A stretch of 63,980 nt of DNA, filler included, from Octopus bimaculoides (lineage: Eukaryota), in NCBI RefSeq assembly GCF_001194135.2. It is 7 parts of 7 records of this genome, joined end to end, with 100 filler letters (N's around TTAATTAATTAA, not from the genome) between each part and the next. Parts side by side here need not be neighbours in the genome. Positions count along the whole stretch, not along the records: positions 15,546 to 27,371 come from NC_069006.1; positions 27,472 to 49,929 come from NC_068981.1; 5 more parts are not named here. One strand, written 5' to 3'. A model generated the notes under the pieces. It ran no database searches and was not told the DNA's origin. It was given only the letters and a program-made list of their open reading frames with translations. This document shows positions 25,429 through 36,731 of the stretch, piece after piece (the stretch's first letter is position 1; every line of letters starts with the position of its first letter). The translations under genes and the position numbers were made by a program.

Positions 25429-27036
25429 TTAATCTGAAAATTTACCCAAAAACTTATAACTTATAATCAAAGTAATATACTCAGTATTATCAAAGTTATC
25501 ACGTGCACACGCATATATCCTCATCTCACAAATGCACTCATACATACATACATATTTCGACACAGGTACATTAATCTACGATCCGTAACTGTTGTACTCA
25601 AACGGGAAATTTTGGAGAAAGCAAAAAAAAAAAGCATAAAGCGAAACCAAGCAAAATATAAATACCACATCTCATCNNNNNNNNNNNNNNNNNNNNNNNN
25701 NNNNNNNNNNNNNNNNNNNNNNNNNNNNNNNNNNNNNNNNNNNNNNNNNNNNNNNNNNNNNNNNNNNNNNNNNNNNNNNNNNNNNNNNNNNNNNNNNNNN
25801 NNNNNNNNNNNNNNNNNNNNNNNNNNNNNNNNNNNNNNNNNNNNNNNNNNNNNNNNNNNNNNNNNNNNNNNNNNNNNNNNNNNNNNNNNNNNNNNNNNNN
25901 NNNNNNNNNNNNNNNNNNNNNNNNNNNNNNNNNNNNNNNNNNNNNNNNNNNNNNNNNNNNNNNNNNNNNNNNNNNNNNNNNNNNNNNNNNNNNNNNNNNN
26001 NNNNNNNNNNNNNNNNNNNNNNNNNNNNNNNNNNNNNNNNNNNNNNNNNNNNNNNNNNNNNNNNNNNNNNNNNNNNNNNNNNNNNNNNNNNNNNNNNNNN
26101 NNNNNNNNNNNNNNNNNNNNNNNNNNNNNNNNNNNNNNNNNNNNNNNNNNNNNNNNNNNNNNNNNNNNNNNNNNNNNNNNNNNNNNNNNNNNNNNNNNNN
26201 NNNNNNNNNNNNNNNNNNNNNNNNNNNNNNNNNNNNNNNNNNNNNNNNNNNNNNNNNNNNNNNNNNNNNNNNNNNNNNNNNNNNNNNNNNNNNNNNNNNN
26301 NNNNNNNNNNNNNNNNNNNNNNNNNNNNNNNNNNNNNNNNNNNNNNNNNNNNNNNNNNNNNNNNNNNNNNNNNNNNNNNNNNNNNNNNNNNNNNNNNNNN
26401 NNNNNNNNNNNNNNNNNNNNNNNNNNNNNNNNNNNNNNNNNNAACAAGATAAAAGAGGACACGGGATAATGTATTTGATATTGGCGGTGTGGAATATATG
26501 GAAGGACAGAAAAACAACAAGAGTGATGATTTTGGTGGTTAAGGAGAGAGAGAGAGACACTTATGATAATAATAATGATGGTGATGGTGGTGATCATTTT
26601 TGATGTTTGTGGCAGTGGTGGTGGTGGTGGTGGTGGTGGTGATGATGATTGTGATTATGATGGGAGTAATAACAGCGACATTTTGTTTTGTTTTATGCTT
26701 TTTTCTTTCTCTCCACCCCCACCCCCCACCCCTTGCCAATAAAAAGGCAAAGGAAAAAATATATATATAAATTGGTTTGAAATGTGTCAAAATTTGTCAG
26801 TCAGTCACATCAGACGGCCATCTAATTATGTGTGGACGTGTGTGTGTGTATATACATATATACAATGCATATATGTATACGCACCCACTCATATGTATAA
26901 ATAGATATATGTATATACGCACAAAAATGTGTGTGTGTGTGTAGCCTGAATTTCTCTATCTCGTGATTCGAGTTTCGTGATACTGCGATCTTCAGGCGAG
27001 AAATTTGTGTCTATCTTTCGTGTCTATCTTTATATA

Positions 27037-27070
<34 letters not shown>

Positions 27071-27117
27071 AAGTATATCCTATACATGTATATGCGTGTG
27101 TATGTATGTAAGGTATA

Positions 27118-27330
27118 CTCTCTTTACTCTTTTACTTCTTTCAGTCATTTGACTACGGCCATACTGGAGCACCGCTTTTAGTCCAGAAAATCGACCCCAG
27201 GACTTATTCTTTGTAAGTCTAGTACTTATTCTAACGGTCTCTTTTGCCGAACCGCTAAGTTATGAGGACATAAGCACACCACCATCGGTTGTCAAGCGAT
27301 GTTGGGGGGACAAGCACACACACACAAACA
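27118..27330 (-). mobile_element. SINE family B, 3' half
   Basis: Reverse complement of 19240-19450. Confidence 0.85.
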
Positions 27331-27471
27331 TATACACATACATACATGCGTGTATATATATATATATATATNNNNNNNNNNNNNNNNNNNNNNNNNNNNN
27401 NNNNNNNNNNNNNNNTTAATTAATTAANNNNNNNNNNNNNNNNNNNNNNNNNNNNNNNNNNNNNNNNNNNN

Positions 27472-27498
27472 ATAAATATAAAAATAAAACTACTGAAC

Positions 27499-27552
<54 letters not shown>
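27472..27552 (+). mobile_element. 3' terminus and (TAA)n tail of the Dong/R4-like family seen at 49517-49929
   Basis: aaaataaaactactgaa(c)aataataat matches the reverse complement of 49555-49580. Confidence 0.65.
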
Positions 27553-27579
27553 TTAAACAAGAAATGAACAAAAAACAGG

Positions 27580-27725
27580 AAAAAGCATGAAAGGAAAAAT
27601 GTACGGTCAATCTGCAAGAGATGTGAACGTCAAGAAAGACCGGTGGCTATGGATGAACAAGCACTAAGGACCAGCTATATGAAGTGCAGAATAGACAACA
27701 CTACCGATAGCAAGAAATACATCAA
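27580..27725 (+). mobile_element. Dong/R4-like LINE internal fragment upstream of the CCHC finger
   Basis: Translation KMYGQSARDVNVKKDRWLWM, then after a shift EQALRTSYMKCRIDNTTDSKK (MHGQ..W.WL..EQAL.T motifs), with an internal deletion. Confidence 0.6.
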
Positions 27726-28569
27726 AACAGGATAACATAAATTCTACAGATGGGAAAGGGGAACAGATACTTAAAATACCAAATTGAAAAGACTCCAGTT
27801 TTGTCGGTGTTCAGAGATTAAAGGTCTTAGCAGTATGTACTCCTATATACAGCCGTTTCTTCATGACTGTAGATAAAATGGAACACCAATTTGGATGATA
27901 ACATGAGGGAAGATAGTACTGACAGAGAATGACAAGAAAAGAGTTGGCGAGCCAGTAACTATTGCTCTATTTCATACTTATCATTATTTTGGACGTTCTA
28001 CTCGCCTCATAATAGATGAGTCGTAAAGCTTTCTGGAGTAAGAGAATCTACTATCACAAGAGAAAAAGAGACGCAGAAAGGAGTCAGAGAACCTACCGCT
28101 CTGTCATATATTGACAGCATGATAGTAAGTGAAATACGAATAGGCGTTGGTTGGATTGAGACTGTCAGAACAACAGTCATGAAATTGAATGTAACTTCAA
28201 GATGAAATCCATTGATCTCCTTCATAGAAAACACTTAATGAAGGCAATTATCAACTACATGTATTTAACAACTCAGCGGTGTAGCACAAGAACAATGCAT
28301 ACTTTCATATCTATGTAAGTGAAGGCAGCATTAAAATTTGTTCCCTCATCATAAATCCACTTTAAGAACAAGGGACAAGGAATCCCACAAGCTACTTCAG
28401 ATATATATAGCTTTTCAGAGAAAGTTGTTTTCGTAATTTTGACATTAATCGTCCATTACTGATTTAGTAATTTAAATGGAGCAAGATAAAACGAATTTTT
28501 CAATATAAAGGAATTATATGTAACAACCAAAAAACACGATATTTCAAACGAAAAGAGGGATGCAAAATA

Positions 28570-28775
28570 GGTTTCTAATTTTGACATAAGGCCAGCAATC
28601 TCGGAAGAGGGTTTAAGTCTATTACATTGACCCCACTCCTCAACTGGTACTTATTTTATCGATTCCTAAAAGATGAAGTCGACCGTGGTAGAATTTGAAC
28701 TCAGAACCTAAGGACCGATGAAACACTGCTAAGCATTTTATCCGGCGAGCTAATGATTCTGCCAGTTCGCCGCCT
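28570..28775 (-). mobile_element. SINE family A, near full length
   Basis: Reverse complement of the 5596 copy, including the ggccagcaat tail. Confidence 0.85.
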
Positions 28776-29255
28776 AAAAGAGCGATATGATATCAAACTG
28801 CTATCATGGCAACAAATACAAGAATGAAATGACGACCTAATTGAACAACCGGACATAAAGAAATACAACCAACTGGAAGTTTATAACACGCTGTAACATA
28901 GTACAGCACTGTAAGGGAAATTACGCTACCAGCACAAAATTATTTCTCCACTGATGTACTACATTACGTAAGCCTCCAGAGACAAATTTCAAGTAATAGA
29001 ATGGTGGGTAACTTATATATACTCGACTAGACGCATACTTGCAAACTTATACCATATGGGATATTATGCTTGCAAGTGGTAAAGATAACTCAGCGAATCT
29101 AGAAGAGGAAGTATATTGTTAAATTTAACTACAATTCAATTGATAAACTATAGACGCAAAACACAGCGCAGCTCATAAATAACAAGGCATTTAAACGCTT
29201 TTCTTATTATAAAACCACTGACAGATTTATGAGAATATAATATATGTAAGCAATA

Positions 29256-29328
29256 TAGGAGTGGCTGTGTGGTAATTAGGTTGCTTACCAACCACATGGC
29301 TCCGGGTTCAGTCCCACTGCGTGGCACC
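29256..29328 (+). mobile_element. SINE family B head, cut by a gap
   Basis: taggagtggctgtgtggtaa...gggttcagtcccactgcgtggcacc. Confidence 0.85.
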
Positions 29329-30000
29329 NNNNNNNNNNNNNNNNNNNNNNNNNNNNNNNNNNNNNNNNNNNNNNNNNNNNNNNNNNNNNNNNNNNNNNNN
29401 NNNNNNNNNNNNNNNNNNNNNNNNNNNNACACACACATACATTCACACACACACACACACGTGTGTATGTAGAGGTATTGATGCATTTACATATATTTTA
29501 TGCATGTACGTATGTATGCATGTATGTATGTAGACAGAGAGAGAGAGAGATAAAGACAGAAAGATATAGGAATTCAAACACCAGTGCTGTAAGTAACACG
29601 GTTCTATGACTACTTTAAGAAGAGAAATCACATGTGTGGTCCCTTCAAAAATCCAGATGTACTATCATATACACGCACAAACTCTAAGTAATTTTAAAAA
29701 TAACTACAGACCGTCTACTTTTAAAGAAACTCAATTCTGAAAGTAGATTCGAATTTATTATAATTTTCGTTTTTGACCTGTTGAAACACTGGTTAAATAA
29801 GTCGTAAGATTACATATAAGTACAATGTAAAGTTCGATGATTGACAAATTATGCAATTACACGATCGCACGTGTGCACTCTCACACATAAGTGTATATAT
29901 ATTTTACGTCTCATGATTTATTAAACATACGGATCACTGGTAATTAATTATTTAATACTTTTTACCCTTATATTTATAGCTATATATATATCTACATATA

Positions 30001-30859
30001 CGTCGTCTGATCAATAAGTATCTGGACTTTTGCTATAGTAACGAAGCTAACGCACGGAAAGTGAAGCCGTTTGGTACAGATTGACCCTGGACTCTACTGT
30101 GCAAGCACTAACTATTAACGTTCTAGCTTACTTCCGCTGTTTACAGCAGTGCTTGGAAGGAATGTGTGATCGGCGCTCTGACTATGACAGAGAAAGCTGA
30201 GAAGAGAATCTGCATCAAATTTTACCAAAAGCCAGGCGATACCTGTTCAGAGACCTACGCAAAGTTTTCAAAACGTTTTCATCGTTCTCGACACAATAAA
30301 AGAGATCTTGTGCAACTGAAACCAGAGTGTCTTTTGGGTCATCTAAAAGCAGCTTTGCCACAAACTTGGCAGGCACGCGCCTGATACCCAAATCTTCAGT
30401 GGTCATGGACTAAACTGAACCGTAACTAGTCTGCACATCTTCCGACAGCTCACGGATGGTGACTCGATGATTTCCCCTTACACCTGCACGCACATCGGCA
30501 ATGCTTTCGTCAGTGCTGCTGGTTGTGGGATTCCCAGAACGTTCGTCAATATCGACTTTTTTGGCCATCTTGGAAACGTCTAAACCACTCGTACACTTGT
30601 GTGCGGCTCATACACTCTTCTCCATGCACCTTCTGCAACTTTGCGTAGGTCTCTGAGCAAGTATCGCCATGACAACTTTCTCTGTCATGGTCAAGGTGAC
30701 GATCACACGCTATACACCTTCCTTCGAAGTACTGCTGTAAACATCGAAAGTGAACTAGAACGTTAAAGCGTTCAAGGTCAATCTGTGTCAAGCGGCTTTA
30801 CTCTGCGTGCTTTAGCTTTGTTACTATGGCATCAGTCCGAATACTTATTGATCAGACCT

Positions 30860-30861
<2 letters not shown>
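30001..30861. mobile_element. Mariner fold-back made of two convergent 5' ends
   Basis: Left arm (+): TA|cgtcgtctgatcaataagtat..., ATG at 30184, MTEKAEKRICIKFYQKPGDTCSETYAK. Right arm (-): caaggtctgatcaataagtat..., MTEK..GDTCSETYAKLQKVHGEECMSRTQVYEWFRRF..RSG.P..VTIRELSE..EDLGIRRVPAKFVAKLL..ENDENVLK. Confidence 0.9.
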
Positions 30862-30900
<39 letters not shown>

Positions 30901-31041
30901 CATTATAATTTAGGGTATCTAAGAGATACCACCATGCTGGAAATAGCAGTCAAAAGTTGACTCTAAAACCACATTAAATGTTCATACAGCACCAGGAGAG
31001 AAGACGAAGAGACAAAATGAACTAGCAAAAATTATTGGTTT

Positions 31042-31100
31042 ATTCCCGATCCCGGATTTCTGGCTCTTCACAAGAAATGATCTGCCTTCATCAGTGGAAT
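31042..31100 (-). ncRNA. Type I hammerhead ribozyme motif, left arm
   Basis: AUUCCA-CUGAUGA-A-GGC..GCC-A-GAAAU-CCGGG-AUC-GGGAAU. The first stem I pair is mismatched. Confidence 0.55.
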
Positions 31101-31275
31101 ATACTCAGAAAAGCACATAAATACAAATATATATATATATATATACACACACAACATACGATATACTTACATATCAGAACATATTCATACATATATATGC
31201 ACGTATGCACACGACCAGTTTAAATTTCCCGCCTAAAAACTATATATATTTGTATTTATGTGCTTACCTGAGTAT

Positions 31276-31334
31276 ATTCCACTGATGAAGGCAGAGCATT
31301 TCTTATGCAGTGCCAGAAATCCGGCATCTGGAAT
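31276..31334 (+). ncRNA. Type I hammerhead ribozyme motif, right arm
   Basis: AUUCCA-CUGAUGA-A-GGCA-GA-GCAU(UUCUU)AUGC-AG-UGCC-A-GAAAU-CCGGC-AUC-UGGAAU. It has a perfect 6-bp stem I, a two-part stem II, an AUC cleavage triplet and a CCGG palindrome in loop III. There is an extra A before GAAA. Confidence 0.7.
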
Positions 31335-31558
31335 TATCCAGTAATTTTTGCTAGTTAATTTTATCTCTTCGTCTTCTCTCCTGGTGCTGCATGAACATTT
31401 AATATGGTTTTAGAGTCAACTTTTGACTGCTATTTCCAGCGTGGTGGTATCTCTTAAATACCCTAAATTATAATTTTAAATAATTATTACCTTTGATGGT
31501 TTTTATTCCTATGCTGGCCACCTGATAAAATCGGTAATTAAATATCGATCTTATCCTC

Positions 31559-31591
<33 letters not shown>

Positions 31592-32219
31592 TATATATAT
31601 ATACTTATTGAGAGTTTGAACAATGAGATTGTGGATCATTGTTGATGGTTTGGATATGGAGCTGAAGGAAGAGCAATAACTCTTGAAATATGCATATACA
31701 CCCATTACCTATTTATTCTATCTCCGATCGAATCGTTTACGTAGGCGTATTCGTTTGCAAACTGTTATAACTTGCAATGCTGGCTCTGAATTTTAAATAA
31801 AAACATAAACAAACTTAAAACCGTAAATACATACATATGTACGTATGTATGTATGTATGTATGTATGTACGTTGACTTGATCACAGTAGAAAGAAATGAA
31901 ATGGAACACAGTGAAAAACGTTTGTATCATTTGGCAGAAACCAAGGCTGCGATTTAAGGACTGTGTCAAGTCCTCATTAAAGGCTTGTAATATACACAAG
32001 ACTGACTGGGAGAAGAATGCCTGTCAGTGCCACAGATAAGTTTGCTAACACAGCAAACTTATCTCAATTTCTGTCGAATACATTGTTGTAACTGAACAAA
32101 ATAAGTTTTATCTATTAACGTCTTGAAATGCACTTTATTCTTGATTTGTCATTATGGTTTGGGGATTCATGTAATCCATTTTCTTCTGTAGAACATACAA
32201 AATCTTTAAACGTTTATAA

Positions 32220-32382
32220 CAGAGATGACAACCTCATGCGGGCCGCATGAAACATGGCTCATCATCAAGCGGGCCGCACGAAACATGGCGCATCATCAAG
32301 CGGACCGCACTACTCAGACAATTCAGGGTGATTTTTCGTTGATTTTCAGAAAAGTCCACGGGTTGCAGTTTGTCCATGACTA
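32220..32382. mobile_element. hAT (Charlie-like) MITE with ~31-bp internal tandem repeats
   Basis: Ends cagagatgacaacc / gtttgtccatgacta, gcgggccgca repeats, and flanks gtttataa / gtttagga (6/8 TSD match). Confidence 0.55.
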
Positions 32383-34051
32383 GTTTAGGAAGTTCTTGAT
32401 GCTTATTTCATTCATTAATACGTAAATGGCCAAATTCTAAAATGTTCGCATCCAACCAGATCGTGAATAAAATTTAGTGAAGGGCAGTTATGAAAGAGTC
32501 ATCCATTATTTAACATGCGCTACTTCCTTCATGTTAGATCAAGCATATCTTCGACTTTCAAATCCTTAAGTGTAATTAGTTCGCCATTTAATGTATTTTT
32601 TAACTGTAGGAACCTCTATATGAACAAATGTTTATTTTCTCAGAAGATAAGTGAGTTTATTGAATTTTTAAAACTTTTTGATGAAGGAAGTTTTTAAAGA
32701 AGGCATATTGTGGAGAGCCAGTAGCGCACAATTGAACAATTTCGCAGAAGAAATTTCTCACTATTTGGTTTTCTACTACATTTTTACTTTTTCTATGTAC
32801 CACAGAACACTCGCTGCATTTGTGTTAGGGGAATGGTTGTGATGTACAATGTTTTAAGTATTTGTTATCTATTTAGAAACTTGATTTTTGCGAGGTCATT
32901 GTAATTAAGCAATTTTCTATATTCGTAACATCAAAAGTAATTAATTTTTAAACTGTTATCTTTCACCATTAAGTGGTCTTATATATTTAGATTATCACGG
33001 CTGTTTTGAATTTTGAAAAAAAAAGTAATCCGTTATATGGAACAACAAGTGTTAAAGAAATCGTGTAGATTCGAATTAGCAATTCATACTGAGAAATATT
33101 AGTTTTAAATTGTCAACTCTAATAAAAACAAAGTATATATGTTCACTGCGTAGTTCACATTATAGTTCCTCTGCATGAAAAATGGACTGAAAAAAGAAAC
33201 GCGAAAATAAACCAGTTTTCTTTATGGAAAAGTGGCAGAAAAAGAAATATTATTTTGGTGATTCTCTCAGATTCAAAGAATGTGGAGCTCGTGTCGAAGA
33301 AAGAGAGAAAGCAAAGCGAGTCACTTATTCAATCAAAAGTTTGTTTTATTCTGTGGTTTCTTTTATCTAATGCTTCATTTGTACAGGGGAATCTAAATAT
33401 TCTTTTAAGTAAGGCTTTTAACCATAGAGACTTTGTATTAGTGTAGATTTTCACTGAATCCATATAAGTAAATAAATGTGTCAGTGTAAAAGGGTATGAA
33501 GCATGTATGAGTTTCTATCGGAATGTTTATGTCTCGAAATGAAGTAATTATATTGCTTGGAATTTTATTTGTACTTTTCAGGGTATTTACTTTTAGTAAA
33601 CTTATTTTCTAGGTCTTCCTTTAGTTTCACGACGTCATCCGGTGCGTAAATTGCTACAAGTATACGTACACATTCCTTGTATACATAATGTATATGTATG
33701 CTTTGTTTAATAATGATATTTAATAGTTTAGCGATCGACTATGGAGGTGTATTTATTTGAGATATTAGGGACCGCAGGGGTTGTTTCGTTTGAGTAGTTT
33801 TACTTTTTCATTGATATGTACTGTTGTCAATTCTCTTACAGTGCAAGTGAAATAAGGTGTTTCTTATAAATCGGGATTTGACAGATGGAAAGTTGTGTAA
33901 TCGAATCTGGAAGAACATAAATGTCATGCGAAATACTTAATAACACTTCTATGGTTGCTACACACACACACACATACACACATACGCGCGCGCGCGCGGG
34001 AACACACACACACACACACACACACACATGAATCTACCGAGATGTTCCTTG

Positions 34052-34695
34052 GGATCTTTTTTAAAACGGGGGCCACATTTTTCATTAACGAAACACTTTG
34101 AAACTTGGAACACTGGTAGAATGTGTCATATAAAACATCTTTTTCCCTTAGTCTTCTTAAAAAAAAAGAAATCCATAAATTATTCCATGTTAAAGTTGTC
34201 GTATTTCTGTAATTTCAACCAATCACTGACGTCCATTCAGCCGATATACATTAAGTGCCGACTACATAAACAAACGATTCTGAAACAATTAACCCTAACC
34301 CTAACCCTAACTCTAACCCTAACCCTAACCCTAGGGTTAGGGTTAGGGTTAAGGTTAGGGTTAGGGTTAAGGTTAGGGTTAGGGTTAAGGTTAGGGTTAG
34401 GGTTAAAGCAAATTTAAAATGAAAAAAGCAAATAAAACGAAGGTATGGAGATTGAATACGCTTTACATCGCTTAATCAGCCAAGGAGTAAATGTAAACAA
34501 CTGAATACTTGTCAGTGATTGGTTGAAATTATCGAAATATGACAATTTTTTACATGAAATAAATTCAAATCCAAAAATATTTTTCTGTTCTATAACACAA
34601 AATAGATAAGTATACGATGTTTGAAAGTATTTCCGTACCAAAAACACTACGTAAAACATTAATGAAAAATGTGGCCCCCGTTTTAAAAAAGATCC
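34052..34695. mobile_element. 644-bp non-autonomous DNA transposon with 8-bp TSD and central telomere-repeat palindrome
   Basis: ~37-bp TIRs GGATCTTTTTTAAAACGGGGGCCACATTTTTCATTAA. TSD GTTCCTTG at 34044-34051 and 34696-34703. Inner inverted 20-mer aatttcaaccaatcactgac (about 34210 and 34511). Confidence 0.9.
34289..34406. repeat. (AACCCT)7 joined at CCCTAGGG to a TTAGGG array with an 18-bp higher-order unit
   Basis: The right side reads [TTAGGG TTAGGG TTAAGG]x3 + TTAGGGx2. Confidence 0.95.
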
Positions 34696-35911
34696 GTTCC
34701 TTGTCCAAGAAATCGTTGTCGAGCTCTTTGCTTCTGATTTTTTTCTTCAGCTTGTTAATTGGCCAATGGGATCCGCTGTAACGTCTCCTTCTGTTCGTGC
34801 TTTCCTCTAATACATATGACTTCATTTATATTTTTCCGGTTGCTAGGCTCGATATTCAATAATGCCTGATCTTTTTGATAGTTTGCTAAAGCTTTTTCTA
34901 ATAGAAGTTCTTGACTGATGCTCTCCTGCAATTTCAGAGTACAGAGTCTGTTTGGAAATTCTTGTTTCTGCCTTCCTTTTCACATGCCTTAACCATTACA
35001 CGTGATGTTTTCAATAATGGTTCGGAATCCCACGGATTTTGTTCAAGCCAGTATTTCGTTATTTGTTACATATTTATCCTATTTGACATTAAAGATTCAT
35101 CGCAGTTTAGTTTGATGAAATCTTTCAAGTCAATGTATCTGGTATTGATATACAATCCGAGTCTCACAGCTATACAGCAATGCGGAGGGAACAACCCACA
35201 GAAATACCGATATTCGGTTTCGAAATTCCGGTTATGGTTGTGATAGATACGATTTGAGTGGAGTGAGGTGCAAACGTGTTGTGGACGGCTTTCAGTCTGT
35301 AGGGGGTTTTATCTTCAAGGGAGCAAGAGTTGATTAAGATACTGCCGAGACAGATGAAGGGTGAAACTTTTTCAGTTAGTTCTCTGTGACTAAAATTTTC
35401 GGTTTCAAGTGGATATTTTGCAAGTCTCTATTTTTAGTATGCTTGTAGTGATGCGAAGCACGAAAGAATGCTTCGAAGATGGTTTGCAGATCAATTTTGA
35501 TTAGAGATATTATCAGACATGCCGTCGGGGCATATTGCAGCTCACAGATCATGACCGTAGATGCATGGTTTCCCAATTTATGCTGTCGTAGATTGGAAAA
35601 TCTTACCTAGCATCTGTATTTGAATGTTAACACAGTTCATTTCTGTCGGCACACTAGTCGGAGGCTTCGAAAACATGCCGGATGCGAGTGCACAGCTGTG
35701 CTAAATAACACTATCCATATTAGCTTCAGGAGAAGGTTCACGTTGGTATGAAATTCGATCTTTCATGCTATTACGAAGTGACTGAAACATCTAATTGAAG
35801 TTATCTAGCAGCAAGCATCATACCAGTCGTGCTTCGTTGAGGGTGGATTCAGGCAATATATGTTCAGAAAAGGATCTGATTCAACGTCTTACTACTTGTG
35901 ATACACTATCG

Positions 35912-35952
<41 letters not shown>

Positions 35953-36689
35953 NNNNNNNNNNNNNNNNNNNNNNNNNNNNNNNNNNNNNNNNNNNNNNNN
36001 NNNNNNNNNNNNNNNNNNNNNNNNNNNNNNNNNNNNNNNNNNNNNNNNNNNNNNNNNNNNNNNNNNNNNNNNNNNNNNNNNNNNNNNNNNNNNNNNNNNN
36101 NNNNNNNNNNNNNNNNNNNNNNNNNNNNNNNNNNNNNNNNNNNNNNNNNNNNNNNNNNNNNNNNNNNNNNNNNNNNNNNNNNNNNNNNNNNNNNNNNNNN
36201 NNNNNNNNNNNNNNNNNNNNNNNNNNNNNNNNNNNNNNNNNNNNNNNNNNNNNNNNNNNNNNNNNNNNNNNNNNNNNNNNNNNNNNNNNNNNNNNNNNNN
36301 NNNNNNNNNNNNNNNNNNNNNNNNNNNNNNNNNNNNNNNNNNNNNNNNNNNNNNNNNNNNNNNNNNNNNNNNNNNNNNNNNNNNNNNNNNNNNNNNNNNN
36401 NNNNNNNNNNNNNNNNNNNNNNNNNNNNNNNNNNNNNNNNNNNNNNNNNNNNNNNNNNNNNNNNNNNNNNNNNNNNNNNNNNNNNNNNNNNNNNNNNNNN
36501 NNNNNNNNNNNNNNNNNNNNNNNNNNNNNNNNNNNNNNNNNNNNNNNNNNNNNNNNNNNNNNNNNNNNNNNNNNNNNNNNNNNNNNNNNNNNNNNNNNNN
36601 NNNNNNNNNNNNNNNNNNNNNNNNNNNNNNNNNNATATGCATACATACATACACACATAGATCGGTAATTCGTACATACAAATATACAT

Positions 36690-36731
<42 letters not shown>

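Larger units (their letters stand above)
30902..31474. mobile_element. ~570-bp palindromic element (two ~235-bp inverted arms, ~100-bp spacer), each arm carrying a hammerhead motif
   Basis: 30902-31135 is the reverse complement of 31241-31474 with scattered mismatches (e.g. gctggaaatagcagtcaaaagttgactctaaaacc). No ORF. Confidence 0.9.
34030..35600 (-). mobile_element. Decayed RTE-clade LINE, interrupted by the telomere-core TIR element
   Basis: 35376-35576 gives VMICELQYAPTACLII..DLQTIF (ELxYADD-like). 34850-35120 gives LR*IFNVK*DKYVTNNEILA*TK..FPNRL..LQE (RTE C-terminal pattern). Confidence 0.65.

Noticed and set aside
32238-32310. ~31-bp direct repeats as a CRISPR-like array
   Set aside because: There are no unique spacers, and the repeats lie within a hAT-like MITE in eukaryotic DNA.
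33630-33644. CRE/ETS-like promoter motif cgacgtcatccggtg
   Set aside because: A single short motif with no supporting exon or CpG island; expected by chance in 64 kb.
34289-34406. Ancestral telomere-telomere chromosome fusion site
   Set aside because: The orientation is CCCTAA then TTAGGG, opposite to a fusion scar, and the array is enclosed by TIRs and a TSD.
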